From an uncultured Bacilli bacterium (lineage in GTDB: Bacteria > Bacillota_I > Bacilli_A > RF39 > UBA660): DNA of 64,000 nt. Shown in pieces: positions 10,279 to 22,007 of this stretch. Below the pieces are notes generated by a model. It did not search any database and was not told where the DNA came from. It saw only the letters and a list, made by a program, of their open reading frames with translations. Position 1 is the first letter of the stretch. Each line of letters begins with the position of its first letter. The stretch is from the NCBI GenBank assembly GCA_934086145.1, contig CAKOHV010000006.1, forward strand, positions 568 through 64,567, in the 5' to 3' direction. Both the position numbers and the translations under genes were made by a program.

Positions 10279-11109
10279 ATGGCTATAAAAAAATATAAAC
10301 CAACTACTAATGGACGTCGTGGAATGACTACTTTAGCAAATACAGAAATAACAACTTCTACTCCTGAAAAATCATTACTTGTTTCAAATTCAAAATCAGG
10401 AGGAAGAAACAATCAAGGTAAATTGACAGTACGCCATATTGGTGGTGGAGCAAAAAGAAAATACAGAATCATCGATTTTAAGAGAAATAAAACTGATGTA
10501 ACTGGTAGAGTTGCTACAATCGAATATGATCCAAATCGTAATGCTAACATCGCTTTAATCAATTATAGAGATGGCGAAAAGAAATATATTATAGCTCCAA
10601 AAGATTTGAAGGTTGGAACTATAATTGAATCAGGAGAAAATGCTGATATTAAAATTGGTAATGCATTACCATTAAAAAATATCCCAGTTGGTACAACAAT
10701 ACATTGTATTGAAGTTCAACCTGGTAAAGGAGCTGCATTATGCCGTTCTGCTGGAACTAGTGCTCAAATCTTAGGTCGTGAAGACAAATATGTTTTAATC
10801 AGATTACAATCTGGTGAAACAAGAAAAGTACTAGGAACTTGCTTTGCTACAATTGGTGTTGTAGGAAATGAAGATTACGAATTAGTTAACTTAGGAAAAG
10901 CTGGTCGTACTCGTCATTTAGGTATCAGACCAACAAACAGAGGTTCTGTAATGAACCCTAATGACCATCCACATGGTGGTGGTGAAGGACGTACTCCAGT
11001 TGGACGTAAGTCACCAATGACACCTTGGGGTAAAAAGGCTATGGGCGTTAAGACTAGAAGCTCTAAAAACAAATCAAACAAGCTAATTGTTAGTCGTAAA
11101 CAAAAATAG
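10279..11109 (+). CDS. rplB: 50S ribosomal protein L2
   Basis: [13 protein letters not shown] motif. Confidence 0.98.
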   Translation: MAIKKYKPTTNGRRGMTTLANTEITTSTPEKSLLVSNSKSGGRNNQGKLTVRHIGGGAKRKYRIIDFKRNKTDVTGRVATIEYDPNRNANIALINYRDGEKKYIIAPKDLKVGTIIESGENADIKIGNALPLKNIPVGTTIHCIEVQPGKGAALCRSAGTSAQILGREDKYVLIRLQSGETRKVLGTCFATIGVVGNEDYELVNLGKAGRTRHLGIRPTNRGSVMNPNDHPHGGGEGRTPVGRKSPMTPWGKKAMGVKTRSSKNKSNKLIVSRKQK

Positions 11110-11121
11110 GAGGAAATAATA

Positions 11122-11385
11122 ATGGCAAGAAGTTTAAAAAAAGGACCTTACGTATTTGATAGATTGTTAAAAAAGGTTCAAGAATTAAATAAAAATAATA
11201 AAAAAGAAGTTATTAAAACTTGGTCTCGTCGTTCAACTATTTATCCTGATTTTATCGGACACACAATAGCTGTTCATAATGGAAAAGATTTTATTCCAGT
11301 ATATATAACTGAAGATATGGTTGGACACAAACTAGGAGAATTTGCTTTAACTCGTAAATTCGGTGGCCACGCTGGACAAAAGTAG
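11122..11385 (+). CDS. rpsS: 30S ribosomal protein S19
   Basis: [11 protein letters not shown] and [11 protein letters not shown]. Confidence 0.97.
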   Translation: MARSLKKGPYVFDRLLKKVQELNKNNKKEVIKTWSRRSTIYPDFIGHTIAVHNGKDFIPVYITEDMVGHKLGEFALTRKFGGHAGQK

Positions 11386-11401
11386 GAAGGGAGAATAAGT
11401 A

Positions 11402-11746
11402 ATGGAAGCATATGCAATACATAAAGGTGCTATCATAGCACCACGTAAAGCTAGAATGACTTTAGACCTTATTAGAGGTAAAGATGTAGAAACTGCACAA
11501 GGAATTTTAGCAAATACAAACACAAAAGCAAGTAGATTAATTTCAAAAGTATTAAATTCTGCAATTGCTAATGCTGTTAATAATAATGGCGCAAAAGAAT
11601 CTGATCTTATTGTCTCTGAATGCTATATAAACCCTGGACAAGTTTTAAAAAGAATAAAATTTGGCTCAAGAACAAAAGTTGATAGAAGAGATAAAAGAAC
11701 AAGTCATATTACTGTAAAAGTATCTGATAATAAGGAGGCTAAATAG
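11402..11746 (+). CDS. rplV: 50S ribosomal protein L22
   Basis: [15 protein letters not shown]; operon position. Confidence 0.96.
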   Translation: MEAYAIHKGAIIAPRKARMTLDLIRGKDVETAQGILANTNTKASRLISKVLNSAIANAVNNNGAKESDLIVSECYINPGQVLKRIKFGSRTKVDRRDKRTSHITVKVSDNKEAK

Positions 11747-11747
11747 T

Positions 11748-12428
11748 ATGGGACAAAAAGTCAATCCAAAAGGTCTTAGAATTGGCGTAAATAAAGATTG
11801 GGAAGCTAATTGGTTTGCTGATAAAAAAGATTTTGGTATTTTATTAAATAAAGATGACAAAATCAGAAAATATATCGCTAAAAAAATGAAAGACGCTGCA
11901 GTTGCTCAAGTTGTTATTGAAAGAACTGCAAAAAGAACAGAAGTTAAAATATATACTGCTAAACCTGGTATTATTATCGGACGTGGCGGAGAAGATATTG
12001 AAAAATTAAGAAATGAATTAAAGAAATTAGTAGATGAAGAAATCTATGTATCTATAATCGAAGTAAAAAATCCTGATTTAAGTGCAAAATTAGTAGCTGA
12101 TCAAATTGCTAGTCAAATTGAAGCTAGAGCTCCATTTAGAAGTGCTCAAAAAAGAGCTATTAGAAACACTATGAAAGCAGGAGCAAAAGGAATTAAAACA
12201 TCTGTATCTGGAAGATTAGGCGGTGCTGAAATGGCTCGTGCTGAAGGATATACAGAAGGTACTGTTCCACTTCATACAATTCGTGCTGATGTTGATTATG
12301 CAATAAGTGAAGCTAATACAACTTATGGAAAAATCGGCGTTAAAGTATGGATTTACAAAGGTGAAATTCTTCCTACTAAAAAAGTGACGAAGGGAGATGT
12401 TACAAATGTTGATGCCAAAAAGAACTAA
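11748..12428 (+). CDS. rpsC: 30S ribosomal protein S3
   Basis: [14 protein letters not shown]-terminus and KH-domain region. Confidence 0.97.
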   Translation: MGQKVNPKGLRIGVNKDWEANWFADKKDFGILLNKDDKIRKYIAKKMKDAAVAQVVIERTAKRTEVKIYTAKPGIIIGRGGEDIEKLRNELKKLVDEEIYVSIIEVKNPDLSAKLVADQIASQIEARAPFRSAQKRAIRNTMKAGAKGIKTSVSGRLGGAEMARAEGYTEGTVPLHTIRADVDYAISEANTTYGKIGVKVWIYKGEILPTKKVTKGDVTNVDAKKN

Positions 12429-12840
12429 ATATCGTAAGTCACATCGTAGACCATACGATGGCCGTGCTAAAGGTAATACTGAATTACATTTTGGTGATTA
12501 TGGTTTAGTAGCTTGCGAAGGTGCTTGGGTTACTGCTCAACAAATCGAAGCTGCTCGTATTGCGATGAATCGTTACATGAAACGTGGCGGAAAAGTTTGG
12601 ATTAACATTTTCCCTGATATGCCTTTAACTAAAAAAGCTTTAGGTGTTCGTCAAGGAAAAGGAAAAGGCAGCGTTGAAGGTTACGTTGCTGTTGTTAAAA
12701 AAGGCAAAATAATGTTTGAAGTTGGCGAAGTTACTGAAGACATCGCTAAAGAAGCTTTAAGATTAGCTTCACATAAATTGCCAATAAAATGTAAATTTGT
12801 TAAAAAAGAAGTTAAAGGTGGTGAATCTAATGAAGGTTAG
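12406..12840 (+). CDS. rplP: 50S ribosomal protein L16
   Basis: [12 protein letters not shown]-terminus. Start chosen at 12406 inside ORF 12397..12840. Confidence 0.96.
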   Translation: MLMPKRTKYRKSHRRPYDGRAKGNTELHFGDYGLVACEGAWVTAQQIEAARIAMNRYMKRGGKVWINIFPDMPLTKKALGVRQGKGKGSVEGYVAVVKKGKIMFEVGEVTEDIAKEALRLASHKLPIKCKFVKKEVKGGESNEG

Positions 12841-13048
12841 TGAAGTAATGAAAGAACTTAGAGCTCTATCTAACGAAGAGTTAGAAACAAAAATTAAAGA
12901 ATCTAAAAAAGAATTATTTGATTTAAGATTACAACAATCAACTGGTTCATTAGAAAAATCATCAAGAGTTCGTGAATTAAGAAAAAATGTTGCTAGAATG
13001 AATACAATTCTAAGTGAAAGAAAAATTGAAAATGGAGGCGAAGAATAA
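12830..13048 (+). CDS. rpmC: 50S ribosomal protein L29
   Basis: [14 protein letters not shown] motif. Start chosen at the ATG at 12830 ([11 protein letters not shown]). Confidence 0.93.
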   Translation: MKVSEVMKELRALSNEELETKIKESKKELFDLRLQQSTGSLEKSSRVRELRKNVARMNTILSERKIENGGEE

Positions 13049-13308
13049 TGGAAGAAACTAAGAAAACATCATTAGTAGGTAAAGTTGTAAGTGCTAAAAA
13101 CGACAAAACTATTACCGTTCTAGTTGAAACATATAAAAAGCATCCACTTTATGGTAAAAGAGTTAAATATTCAAAAAAATATACAGCTCATGATGAATTA
13201 AACAAAGCTAAAGAAGGAGATACAGTTAGAATAACTAGTACAAGACCATTATCTAAAACTAAGAGATATGAACTTGCTGAAGTATTAGTTGAGGCTGTAA
13301 TTCTATAG
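13048..13308 (+). CDS. rpsQ: 30S ribosomal protein S17
   Basis: [17 protein letters not shown]...HPLYGK. Confidence 0.96.
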   Translation: MEETKKTSLVGKVVSAKNDKTITVLVETYKKHPLYGKRVKYSKKYTAHDELNKAKEGDTVRITSTRPLSKTKRYELAEVLVEAVIL

Positions 13309-13319
13309 GAGGTATCATT

Positions 13320-13688
13320 ATGGTAATGCAAGAAACAAAACTTAAAGTTGCTGATAACTCAGGAGCTCGTGAATTACTTGTTATCAAAGTAGTTGGCGGA
13401 AGTAAAGTAAAAAGCGGTAACATTGGTGATATCGTTATTGGAACAGTAAAAAAAGCTATTCCTAATAGTAATATTCCAAAAGGAAAAGTTGTAAAAGCAG
13501 TAATCGTAAGAACAGTACAAGGTGTAAGAAGAGCTGATGGTTCATACATTAAATTTGATGACAATGCATGCGTTTTAATTAAAGAAGACAAGAGTCCAAT
13601 CGGAACAAGAGTATTAGGACCTGTTGCTCGTGAACTACGTGAAAAAGAATTCACTAAGATAGTTTCATTAGCACCTGAAGTATTATAG
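13320..13688 (+). CDS. rplN: 50S ribosomal protein L14
   Basis: [11 protein letters not shown] motif; AGGAGG lies 7 nt upstream. Confidence 0.97.
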   Translation: MVMQETKLKVADNSGARELLVIKVVGGSKVKSGNIGDIVIGTVKKAIPNSNIPKGKVVKAVIVRTVQGVRRADGSYIKFDDNACVLIKEDKSPIGTRVLGPVARELREKEFTKIVSLAPEVL

Positions 13689-13698
13689 GAGGCACTAT

Positions 13699-13968
13699 AT
13701 GAAAGTTAAAGTTGGAGATAAAGTATTAGTAATTGCTGGAAAAGATAAAGGCAAAACTGGTAGCATAACTAAAACGCTAAAAGACAAAGACAAAGTTGTA
13801 GTTGAAGGCGTTAATATCGTTAAAAAGCATGTAAAACCAAATAGAATGAATGAAGTTGGATCAATCGTTGAGGTTGAAGCTCCAATTCATGTATCAAATG
13901 TAAAAAAAGTAGAAACAGAAGCAAAAACTGCAAAAACAACAAAAAAATCAGAAAAGAAAGCTAGTTAG
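13699..13968 (+). CDS. rplX: 50S ribosomal protein L24
   Basis: [16 protein letters not shown] (KOW motif). Confidence 0.96.
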   Translation: MKVKVGDKVLVIAGKDKGKTGSITKTLKDKDKVVVEGVNIVKKHVKPNRMNEVGSIVEVEAPIHVSNVKKVETEAKTAKTTKKSEKKAS

Positions 13969-13979
13969 TAGGTGAATAT

Positions 13980-14519
13980 ATGAGTACTTTTAAAAAATTA
14001 TATAACGAAGAAATAACTGACAGCCTTATGAAAAAATTTAACTATTCATCTAAAATGGAAATTCCTAAATTGGAAAAAATAGTTATTAACATGGGTGTTG
14101 GTGAAGCTGCTCACGATTCAAAATTCATCGAAGCAGCTGTAAAAGATTTGGAATTAATTGCTGGACAAAAACCTGTTGTAACAAAAGCTCGTAAATCAAT
14201 AGCTGGCTTTAAATTAAGAGAAGGTCAAGTAATTGGAGCCAAAGTTACATTACGTGGCGAAAATATGTACAACTTTATGGAAAAACTAATCAAAGTTGCA
14301 CTTCCACGCGTTAGGGACTTTAGAGGAGTTTCTAAGAATGCGTTTGATGGAAAAGGTAATTATACATTAGGAATTAAAGAACAAATTATATTTCCAGAAA
14401 TCGAATATGATCAAGTACTAAAAGTAAGAGGTATGGATATCGTATTTGTTACTACAGCAAAAACAAATGAAGAAGCTTTCGAATTACTTAATGGATTCGG
14501 AATGCCATTTAGAAAGTAG
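13980..14519 (+). CDS. rplE: 50S ribosomal protein L5
   Basis: [13 protein letters not shown] and the PRVRDFRG region. Confidence 0.97.
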   Translation: MSTFKKLYNEEITDSLMKKFNYSSKMEIPKLEKIVINMGVGEAAHDSKFIEAAVKDLELIAGQKPVVTKARKSIAGFKLREGQVIGAKVTLRGENMYNFMEKLIKVALPRVRDFRGVSKNAFDGKGNYTLGIKEQIIFPEIEYDQVLKVRGMDIVFVTTAKTNEEAFELLNGFGMPFRK

Positions 14520-14538
14520 ATAGAGGAGGAAAATATTT

Positions 14539-14724
14539 ATGGCAAAGACAAGTTTAAAAGTAAAACAACAAAGAGCTCCAAAATTCAAGTCAAGAGCTTA
14601 TACTCGTTGCGAAAGATGTGGACGTCCTCATGGAGTTCTACGTAAATATAAATTATGCCGTATTTGCTTTAGAGAAATGGCAAATAATGGTCAAATCCCT
14701 GGTGTTAAGAAATCAAGTTGGTAG
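14539..14724 (+). CDS. rpsN: 30S ribosomal protein S14, short zinc-binding type (type Z)
   Basis: 61 aa with CERCGRPHG...CRIC (CxxC...CxxC). Confidence 0.96.
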   Translation: MAKTSLKVKQQRAPKFKSRAYTRCERCGRPHGVLRKYKLCRICFREMANNGQIPGVKKSSW

Positions 14725-14742
14725 AAAGGAGGAATTTAGACT

Positions 14743-15138
14743 ATGGTTGGAGATAGAATAGCAGATATGCTTACAAGAATTCGTAATGCAAATCAAATGA
14801 AATATGAAACAGTTGAGGTTTTAGGTTCAAAAATGACTTTAGGAATTGCTGAAATTCTAAAACGTGAAGGTTATATTGTAGATTACAAATATGAAAAAAA
14901 TATTAAAGGTGATAAATTAACTTTAACTCTAAAATATGGCGAAAAGAAAGAAAGAGTTATTACAGGTTTGAAAAGAATTTCAAAATCTGGATTACGTGTC
15001 TATGCCAAAAGTGATGAAATTCCTCGTGTACTTAACGGTTTAGGAATTGCAATCATTTCAACTTCAAAAGGATTAATGACAGATAAAGAAGCTCGTGAAG
15101 CTGGTCTAGGAGGAGAAGTACTTGCCTATATTTGGTAA
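14743..15138 (+). CDS. rpsH: 30S ribosomal protein S8
   Basis: [11 protein letters not shown] motif. Confidence 0.97.
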   Translation: MVGDRIADMLTRIRNANQMKYETVEVLGSKMTLGIAEILKREGYIVDYKYEKNIKGDKLTLTLKYGEKKERVITGLKRISKSGLRVYAKSDEIPRVLNGLGIAIISTSKGLMTDKEAREAGLGGEVLAYIW

Positions 15139-15150
15139 GGAAACAATATT

Positions 15151-15690
15151 ATGAGTAGAATTGGTAAAAGAGAATTAGTAATTCCATCAGGTGTTACTGT
15201 AACAATTAACGATAATACTATAACTGTAAAAGGACCAAAAGGTGAACTTAGCCTTAATAAAGCTGCTATGATCACTGCTGAAGAAGTTGAAGGAAAAATT
15301 ATTACCAAAAGACCTAATGATAACAAAGCAACTAAACAATTACATGGAACAACTAATGCATTAATTAAAAATATGCTTGTTGGTGTAACTGAAGGATATC
15401 AAAAAGGTTTAGAAGCTGTTGGAGTTGGATATAGATTCCAAGTTCAAGGCAATAAAATTAATGTAAATGCTGGTTTCTCACATCCTGTTGTTGTAGAAGT
15501 TCCAGCAGATCTTAAAGCTGAACAAATAAGCAATACTGAAATTACAATTTCTGGTATTGATAAACAAAAAGTTTCTGAATTTGCGGCTAACGTTCGCTCT
15601 ATAAGAGAACCAGAACCATACAAAGGTAAAGGTATTCGTTATAAAGGTGAACATATTCGTCGTAAAGAAGGTAAGAAAGCAGCTAAATAA
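15151..15690 (+). CDS. rplF: 50S ribosomal protein L6
   Basis: [10 protein letters not shown]-terminus, PYKGKGIRY. Confidence 0.97.
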   Translation: MSRIGKRELVIPSGVTVTINDNTITVKGPKGELSLNKAAMITAEEVEGKIITKRPNDNKATKQLHGTTNALIKNMLVGVTEGYQKGLEAVGVGYRFQVQGNKINVNAGFSHPVVVEVPADLKAEQISNTEITISGIDKQKVSEFAANVRSIREPEPYKGKGIRYKGEHIRRKEGKKAAK

Positions 15691-15710
15691 GGGTAAGGAG
15701 TCGAGATATT

Positions 15711-16067
15711 ATGATAGTTAAAGAATCAAAAAATGTAGTACGCAAAAGAAGACATTCTCGTATTCGTGAGAAAATAAGCGGAACTTCAGAATGCCCAAGA
15801 TTGAATGTTTTTAGATCAAACACTCAAATATTTGCGCAAATTATCGATGATGTTAAGGGCGTTACTCTAGTTAGCTCTTCATCAGTAGAATTAAAATTAA
15901 AAAACGGTGGTAACGTAGAAGGCGCTAGCCTTGTAGGAAAAGACATTGCTGAAAAAGCTAAAAAATCAAATATAAATAAAGTAGTTTTCGATAGAGGTGG
16001 ATACCTTTACCACGGACGTGTAAAAGCATTAGCTGAAGCTGCACGTGAAAATGGACTAGAATTCTAA
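15711..16067 (+). CDS. rplR: 50S ribosomal protein L18
   Basis: [36 protein letters not shown]. Confidence 0.97.
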   Translation: MIVKESKNVVRKRRHSRIREKISGTSECPRLNVFRSNTQIFAQIIDDVKGVTLVSSSSVELKLKNGGNVEGASLVGKDIAEKAKKSNINKVVFDRGGYLYHGRVKALAEAARENGLEF

Positions 16068-16080
16068 AAGGAGGTAAATT

Positions 16081-16584
16081 ATGCCAAAGACAAAAATGGA
16101 CTCTAAGAAAAATTTGCTTGAAGAAAAAGTTGTTTCAATAAGCCGTGTAACAAAAGTTACAAAAGGTGGACGTCATTTTAGATTTTCAGCAACTGTTGTA
16201 GTTGGAAATAGAAAAGGCTTAGTAGGTATTGGTACTGGAAAAGCTAATGAAGTTCCAGAAGCAATTAAAAAAGCTATTCAAGCAGCTAATAAAAACGTAA
16301 CAAAAGTTGCATTAATTGATAACAGAACAATCCCACATGAAGCTATTGGAAAAGTAGGACGTGCTCAAGTTCTTATTAAACCTGCTGTAGAAGGTACAGG
16401 AGTAATCGCAGGTGGATCTGCTCGTGATGTACTAGAACTTGCTGGTGTACGTGATATAGTTTCTAAATCACTTGGATCAAATACTAAGATAAATGTTGCA
16501 AAAGCTACATTAGAAGCTTTAAAAATGCAAAAAACTCCAGAGCAAATTGCTGCTCTAAGAGGAAAGAAAGTTGAGGAGTTATAG
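16081..16584 (+). CDS. rpsE: 30S ribosomal protein S5
   Basis: [16 protein letters not shown] motif. Confidence 0.97.
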   Translation: MPKTKMDSKKNLLEEKVVSISRVTKVTKGGRHFRFSATVVVGNRKGLVGIGTGKANEVPEAIKKAIQAANKNVTKVALIDNRTIPHEAIGKVGRAQVLIKPAVEGTGVIAGGSARDVLELAGVRDIVSKSLGSNTKINVAKATLEALKMQKTPEQIAALRGKKVEEL

Positions 16585-16585
16585 T

Positions 16586-17029
16586 ATGAAATTAAATGAA
16601 TTAACTGCAGCTCCAGAAGCTAAAAGGAAAAAAATAGTAGGACGTGGACCAGGTAGTGGAATGGGTAAAACCTCTACTCGTGGTCAAAAAGGTCAAAAAT
16701 CTCGTTCTGGCGCAAGCATTCCTGCTTGGTTCCAAGGTGGTCAATCTCCTTTATATAGAAGATTACCAAAACGCGGTTTTAACAACGCTCGTTTTAGAGT
16801 AGAATATGCAACAATAAATTTAAGTGATTTAAATAAATATTTTAAAGATGGAGATACTGTTACTCCTGAATTATTAAAAGAAATGGGAATTATCAAAAAT
16901 CAACTTTGTGGTGTAAAAATCTTAGGAAACGGTGAGTTGGAGAAAAAGCTAACAATAAAAGCTAATAGATTCTCAACTGCTGCTGTAACAAAAATTGAAG
17001 GTGCTGGCGGAAAAGCAGAGGTGATCTAG
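16586..17029 (+). CDS. rplO: 50S ribosomal protein L15
   Basis: [19 protein letters not shown]. The start at 16586 falls immediately after the rpsE stop, leaving no room for rpmD. Confidence 0.96.
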   Translation: MKLNELTAAPEAKRKKIVGRGPGSGMGKTSTRGQKGQKSRSGASIPAWFQGGQSPLYRRLPKRGFNNARFRVEYATINLSDLNKYFKDGDTVTPELLKEMGIIKNQLCGVKILGNGELEKKLTIKANRFSTAAVTKIEGAGGKAEVI

Positions 17030-18286
17030 ATGTTTTTCAAACAACTATTTAACCGTTCAAACAAAGATTTAAGAAAAAGAATTTATTTCACATTATTTTG
17101 CCTAGGAATATTTAGTATCGGTAGTGCGATAACTGTTCCTTGGGCAAAGACTTTATATGAAGAACTAGGATTTTTAGAAATCTTTAACCTAATGTCAGGA
17201 GGCGGTTTGAAATCATTCTCAATCTTTGCATTAGGTGTTTCTCCATATATTACTGCTCAAATTATTACACAATTACTTCAAATGGATATCATTCCATACT
17301 TTAAGGAATTAAAAGATGAAGGATATACTGGAAAACAAAAAATAAATAAAATAACTAGATACTTAGGAATTTTATTTGCTTTTATTCAAGGATATATCTT
17401 TACTATTGTTTATTCAGGAACTAATGACTGGATGACAATTTTAAAAACAACTGTTGTTCTTACAGCAGGGACATCTTTACTATTATGGATTGGCGATGAA
17501 ATAACTAAATATGGTATTGGTAATGGTTTATCATTATTAATCATGGCTGGAATATTACAATCTATGCCTGACATATTTGTTAGTGCATTCAAAGACCTAG
17601 TAACTTCTGGTACCTTTAAGACTGGTATCGGAATAGCACTATTTGCCGCATTTATAGTAATTTATTTACTTATAATTGTTGGTGTAATATGGGTTCAACT
17701 TGCCGAAAGAAGAATCCCTATCCAATATGCTAATAGAAGTAGTAGTGCATATGGTAAAAAACAAAATTATTTACCAGTGAAAATAAATTCAGCTGGAGTA
17801 ATTCCAGTAATATTTGCATCAACTTTAATAACAATTCCTGTAACTATAGTTAATTTGTTAAAAAAACAAAAAGCTATTGATTTTGTTAATAAATATATTA
17901 CAAACACATCTTTAACAGGATTTATATTATATATAGCTCTTATAATGTTTTTTGGATATTTCTATACATTCTTACAAATGAATCCAGAAGAAATGTCAAA
18001 AAACTTAAATAAAAGTGGTGCATACATTCCAGGAGTAAGACCTGGTAACGATACAATCGAATATGTTAGCAACATTTTAGGGAAGCTAACAGTTGTTGGC
18101 TCATTATTCTTAGTTATAATTGCTGGATTGCCAATTATATTCTCTAAATTCTCTGGACTATCAAGTTCTGTAACAATCGGGGGTACTGGATTATTAATCG
18201 TTGTTGGTGTTGCAATCGAAACATACAAACAACTTGAAAGTAGCCTAATAAGTAGAAGTCATAGAAAAGGTATAGTTAGAAGATGA
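17030..18286 (+). CDS. secY: Preprotein translocase subunit SecY
   Basis: 418-aa polytopic membrane protein with GVSPYITAQIITQLL; operon position. Confidence 0.97.
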   Translation: MFFKQLFNRSNKDLRKRIYFTLFCLGIFSIGSAITVPWAKTLYEELGFLEIFNLMSGGGLKSFSIFALGVSPYITAQIITQLLQMDIIPYFKELKDEGYTGKQKINKITRYLGILFAFIQGYIFTIVYSGTNDWMTILKTTVVLTAGTSLLLWIGDEITKYGIGNGLSLLIMAGILQSMPDIFVSAFKDLVTSGTFKTGIGIALFAAFIVIYLLIIVGVIWVQLAERRIPIQYANRSSSAYGKKQNYLPVKINSAGVIPVIFASTLITIPVTIVNLLKKQKAIDFVNKYITNTSLTGFILYIALIMFFGYFYTFLQMNPEEMSKNLNKSGAYIPGVRPGNDTIEYVSNILGKLTVVGSLFLVIIAGLPIIFSKFSGLSSSVTIGGTGLLIVVGVAIETYKQLESSLISRSHRKGIVRR

Positions 18287-18948
18287 TGAATATTATATTT
18301 ATAGCTCCTCCAGCTGCTGGTAAAGGAACCCAAAGTTCATTACTAGAAAAAAAATATAACTATAAACATATTTCTACTGGAGATTTATTAAGAGAAGAAA
18401 TTAAGAAAAAAACAGAATTTGGAGCTGAAATAGAAAAAATAATATCAAAAGGCGAATTGGTAAGTGATGAAATAATCACTAAATTACTAAAAAATGAATT
18501 AAATAACATCAAGCATCAAAAATTCATTTTAGATGGCTATCCAAGAAATATAGCTCAAGCAGAAACTTTAACAAAAATTTTTCAAGAATTAAATATTGAT
18601 GATTATAAAACTATTTATTTAGACTTAGATGAAGAAATTGCAATGAAAAGAGCTCTTGGTAGAATAGTTTGTTCTAATTGTGGAGCTAGCTATAATACAT
18701 ATTTTAAAAATTTGATGCCTCAAAAGGACGGAATCTGCGATAAATGTCATCATAAACTTATACAAAGATCAGACGATAATGAAGAAACAATGCGAACAAG
18801 ATTTAGAACTTATCTAGAACTTACAAATCCATTGTTAGATTATTATAAAAAACAAAATAAATTAGTTAATGTTGATGCATCATTAAGCTCTGATCAGATA
18901 TTTTCAAAGATAGAAATAGTTCTTGTAGACGAGAGTGTTGATAATTAA
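18283..18948 (+). CDS. adk: Adenylate kinase (zinc-lid type)
   Basis: P-loop APPAAGKGTQ and lid CSNCGASY...CDKCHHKL. ATGA overlap with the secY stop. Confidence 0.96.
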   Translation: MMNIIFIAPPAAGKGTQSSLLEKKYNYKHISTGDLLREEIKKKTEFGAEIEKIISKGELVSDEIITKLLKNELNNIKHQKFILDGYPRNIAQAETLTKIFQELNIDDYKTIYLDLDEEIAMKRALGRIVCSNCGASYNTYFKNLMPQKDGICDKCHHKLIQRSDDNEETMRTRFRTYLELTNPLLDYYKKQNKLVNVDASLSSDQIFSKIEIVLVDESVDN

Positions 18949-19005
18949 CAAGTTATCAACACCCAGATCTATTAAGGTTATAAATTTTAAATAGGAGATA
19001 GAAAC

Positions 19006-19224
19006 ATGGCTAAAGAAAAAAAGATAGAAGTAGAAGGTAAGGTTGTTGAAATAACTAAAGGTGGAATCCCCATCATAAAATTACCTAATGGACACACTGT
19101 AGAAGCCTACGTTTCTGGTAAAATGCGACTTAATATGATTCGTATCTTACCAGGTGATACAGTTACAATAGAATTATCGCCTTATGATTTAACACGTGGG
19201 CGCATAACATGGAATAGAAAATAA
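19006..19224 (+). CDS. infA: Translation initiation factor IF-1
   Basis: 72-aa S1-like protein: GKVVE...[17 protein letters not shown]. Confidence 0.96.
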   Translation: MAKEKKIEVEGKVVEITKGGIPIIKLPNGHTVEAYVSGKMRLNMIRILPGDTVTIELSPYDLTRGRITWNRK

Positions 19225-19237
19225 TGGAGGTATAGTT

Positions 19238-19351
19238 ATGAAAGTTAGAGCATCAGTGAAAAAAATTTGTGCTAAGTGCAAAGTAATTAAAAGAAAAGGA
19301 AAAATAATGGTTATTTGTGAAAATCCAAAACACAAACAAACTCAAGGTTAA
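19238..19351 (+). CDS. rpmJ: 50S ribosomal protein L36
   Basis: Absent from the ORF track (too short). ATG at 19238 gives [37 protein letters not shown], with TAA at 19349-19351 and GGAGG upstream. Confidence 0.95.
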   Translation: MKVRASVKKICAKCKVIKRKGKIMVICENPKHKQTQG

Positions 19352-19366
19352 TTAGGAGGTTAATTT

Positions 19367-19741
19367 ATGGCACGTATTAAAAATATAGAATTACCAGGTG
19401 AAAAACATACTTGTATTGGTTTAACTGCTATATACGGAATTGGTAGAAGCTTAGCTAATAAAATATGTGATAATGCTGGCGTAGCAAGAACAAAAAAAAT
19501 TCAAGATTTAACAGACGATGAAATTACAGCGTTACGTAAAGAAGTTGATAAAGAAATCGTTGAAGGTGATCTTCGTCGTGAAGTTCAATTAAATATTAAA
19601 AACAAAATGGAAATTAACAGCTATCAAGGAACTAGACACAAAAAAGGTCTTCCAGTTCATGGTCAAAGAACTTCAAGAAATGCTCGTACAAGAAAAGGTA
19701 AAGGTAAAGTAGTTGCTAATAAGAAAAAAGTAGGTAAATAA
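19367..19741 (+). CDS. rpsM: 30S ribosomal protein S13
   Basis: [10 protein letters not shown]...[10 protein letters not shown]. Confidence 0.96.
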   Translation: MARIKNIELPGEKHTCIGLTAIYGIGRSLANKICDNAGVARTKKIQDLTDDEITALRKEVDKEIVEGDLRREVQLNIKNKMEINSYQGTRHKKGLPVHGQRTSRNARTRKGKGKVVANKKKVGK

Positions 19742-19758
19742 TATAGGAGGTTAAGTTT

Positions 19759-20142
19759 ATGGCTTACAATAGAAGAAAAAGAAAAGTTAAAAAGAATATT
19801 CCTGAAGCACAAGCTCATATTCATTCTACATACAATAACACTGTTGTTACTATTACAGATAAAGACGGAAATGTTATTAGTTGGGCTTCTGCTGGAACTA
19901 TTGGATATAAAGGTAGTAAGAAAAAGACTCCATTCGCAGCTGGTATGAGTGCTGAAGCTGCTGCTAAAGCCGCTATTGATAATGGTGTAAAAAAAGTAGA
20001 AGTATTTGTAAAAGGATTAGGAGCAGGACGTGAAAATGCTATCCGTTCTTTACAAACTGCTGGATTAGAAATTACATCAATTAATGACGTTACACCAGTT
20101 CCACATAATGGATGTCGTCCACCAAAACGTCCAAGAAATTAA
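19759..20142 (+). CDS. rpsK: 30S ribosomal protein S11
   Basis: [15 protein letters not shown]...[12 protein letters not shown]. Confidence 0.97.
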   Translation: MAYNRRKRKVKKNIPEAQAHIHSTYNNTVVTITDKDGNVISWASAGTIGYKGSKKKTPFAAGMSAEAAAKAAIDNGVKKVEVFVKGLGAGRENAIRSLQTAGLEITSINDVTPVPHNGCRPPKRPRN

Positions 20143-20164
20143 TTGAAAGAGGGGACTTAAGGAT

Positions 20165-21109
20165 ATGTTAAGATTTGAAAAACCAGAATATAAAATTACA
20201 GAATATGTTGAAAGTAATCATTATGGAAAGTTTGAATTAGAACCTCTTGAAAGAGGATTTGGTACTACAATCGGAAATGCTTTAAGAAGAGTTATGTTAT
20301 CATCTTTACCTGGTTGTGCAATAACTTCTGTTAAAATTGAAGGAGTTATGCATGAATTCCAAAAAATAGATGGTGTTGTTGAAGACGTAACAGCAATTGT
20401 CTTAGCATTAAAAAGTGTTGTACTAAAAAATCATTCTAACGAAGACAAAGTTATTAGATTATATGCTGATCAAGAAGGGCCTGTTACTGCAGGCGATTTA
20501 GAAATAGATGCTGATCTTGAAGTTATCAATCCAGATTTAGTTATTGCTAACTTAGTTAAAGGCGGTAAACTAGAAATGGAAATGACTGTAAGTAATGGTA
20601 GAGGATATGTTGATTCAAAAGCTAACCAAAAATTATTAGGTGAAACAAAAGCTGGTGTAATTGCTATTGATTCATTATATTCACCAGTTGAATTAGTTAG
20701 TTACGAAGTAGAAAGTGCTCGTGTAGGACAAAATGAAAATTTTGATAAATTAATCATGAATGTTCACACTAATGGTTCAATTACTCCAGAAGAAGCAATG
20801 GCTTTATCTGCTAGAATTTTAATCGAACATTTCAACATTGTTACTGACTTAAATTCTATAAGTGATGTCTCTGGTCTAATGGCTGAAAAGAAAGTTGATA
20901 CTATTACTAAAACATTAGAAACACCTATTGAAGAAATCGAATTCTCTGTTCGTGCATATAATTGTTTAAAAAGAGCTGGTATAAATACCGTTCAAGATTT
21001 AATTTCTAAAAAAGAAATTGAGGTTACAAAAATTCGTAATTTAGGTAAAAAGTCTTTAAAAGAAGTTATCGATAAAGTAAAAGAAATGGGACTTAAGTTC
21101 CGCGATTAA
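20165..21109 (+). CDS. rpoA: DNA-directed RNA polymerase subunit alpha
   Basis: FGTTIGNALRRVMLSS N-domain and C-terminal SVRAYNCLKRAGI (alpha-CTD HhH). Confidence 0.97.
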   Translation: MLRFEKPEYKITEYVESNHYGKFELEPLERGFGTTIGNALRRVMLSSLPGCAITSVKIEGVMHEFQKIDGVVEDVTAIVLALKSVVLKNHSNEDKVIRLYADQEGPVTAGDLEIDADLEVINPDLVIANLVKGGKLEMEMTVSNGRGYVDSKANQKLLGETKAGVIAIDSLYSPVELVSYEVESARVGQNENFDKLIMNVHTNGSITPEEAMALSARILIEHFNIVTDLNSISDVSGLMAEKKVDTITKTLETPIEEIEFSVRAYNCLKRAGINTVQDLISKKEIEVTKIRNLGKKSLKEVIDKVKEMGLKFRD

Positions 21110-21134
21110 AATATAATAAGGAGGTAAAACACTT

Positions 21135-21479
21135 ATGGCAAATTATAGAAAATTAAATAGAGAAAAAAGTATAAGAAGAAGTATCCTAGCTGGTTTAACA
21201 AAAGATGCAATCTTAAATGAATCAATTGTTACAACTGAAGCTCGTGCAAAGGAAGTAAGAAAATTCGTTGATAAAATGATTACTTATGGTAAAAGAGGAA
21301 CTTTAGTTTCTAGAAGAAAAGCACTAGCATTCTTAAATAACGACAAAGTTGTTGTTGATAAAATTTTCAATGATCTAGCAAAAAGATATGAAAATAGAAA
21401 TGGTGGATACACTAGAATTCTTAAGTTAAAAGAAAGAGTTGGAGATGACGCTCTAACTGTTAAATTAGAACTAGTTTAA
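21135..21479 (+). CDS. rplQ: 50S ribosomal protein L17
   Basis: [10 protein letters not shown] motif; follows rpoA. Confidence 0.96.
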   Translation: MANYRKLNREKSIRRSILAGLTKDAILNESIVTTEARAKEVRKFVDKMITYGKRGTLVSRRKALAFLNNDKVVVDKIFNDLAKRYENRNGGYTRILKLKERVGDDALTVKLELV

Positions 21480-21489
21480 TAGTTCTTTT

Positions 21490-21888
21490 TTAATGCTTTT
21501 CTTTTTTTAATTTATCGATTTCATCTTGCATCACTTGTAAAGTTTTTTCTATCATTAAAAAATAATCTTCTAAATTTTCCTTAGAATTGTCTTGCTGATT
21601 CGAACCAGAAGAATTATTTGGTCGGGGACAGAGAGGTTCATTATTCATGTATGGTGAGCCTCCTTCTTTCGCTTCGCGACTATTTATATTAATTGTATTA
21701 CCTTGAATACGTTCTTCAACCACCTGTTGCCAAGCCGCACTATTTTCTAATGTTTGACCAATGGTAATAAACCAGTTTCCAATTGCATTTTGTTCATTTG
21801 CTGTAAAATTATCAATTAAAGCTAACCCAATCGCAAAAGCACTAATAGTGTAAAGTTTCGGATCTAAACTTGGTGGAAATCTTTTCAT
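21490..21888 (-). CDS. Hypothetical small protein (hydrophobic N-terminal segment, Asn/Ser-rich linker, C-terminal coiled coil)
   Basis: ORF 21490..21945. The likely start is the ATG at 21888 (MKRFPPSLDP) behind GAGGTGG. No family recognised. Confidence 0.55.
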   Translation of the reverse strand: MKRFPPSLDPKLYTISAFAIGLALIDNFTANEQNAIGNWFITIGQTLENSAAWQQVVEERIQGNTININSREAKEGGSPYMNNEPLCPRPNNSSGSNQQDNSKENLEDYFLMIEKTLQVMQDEIDKLKKEKH

Positions 21889-22007
21889 ATACCACCTCGC
21901 ATTTGTAATAAATATATGCAAAGTACCCTTTTTTAAGTAATACACTTTATTGAAAATCTAAAAATTCTATGTTATCATTAAAATAAGTAGAATAAGAAGG
22001 TGGACTC

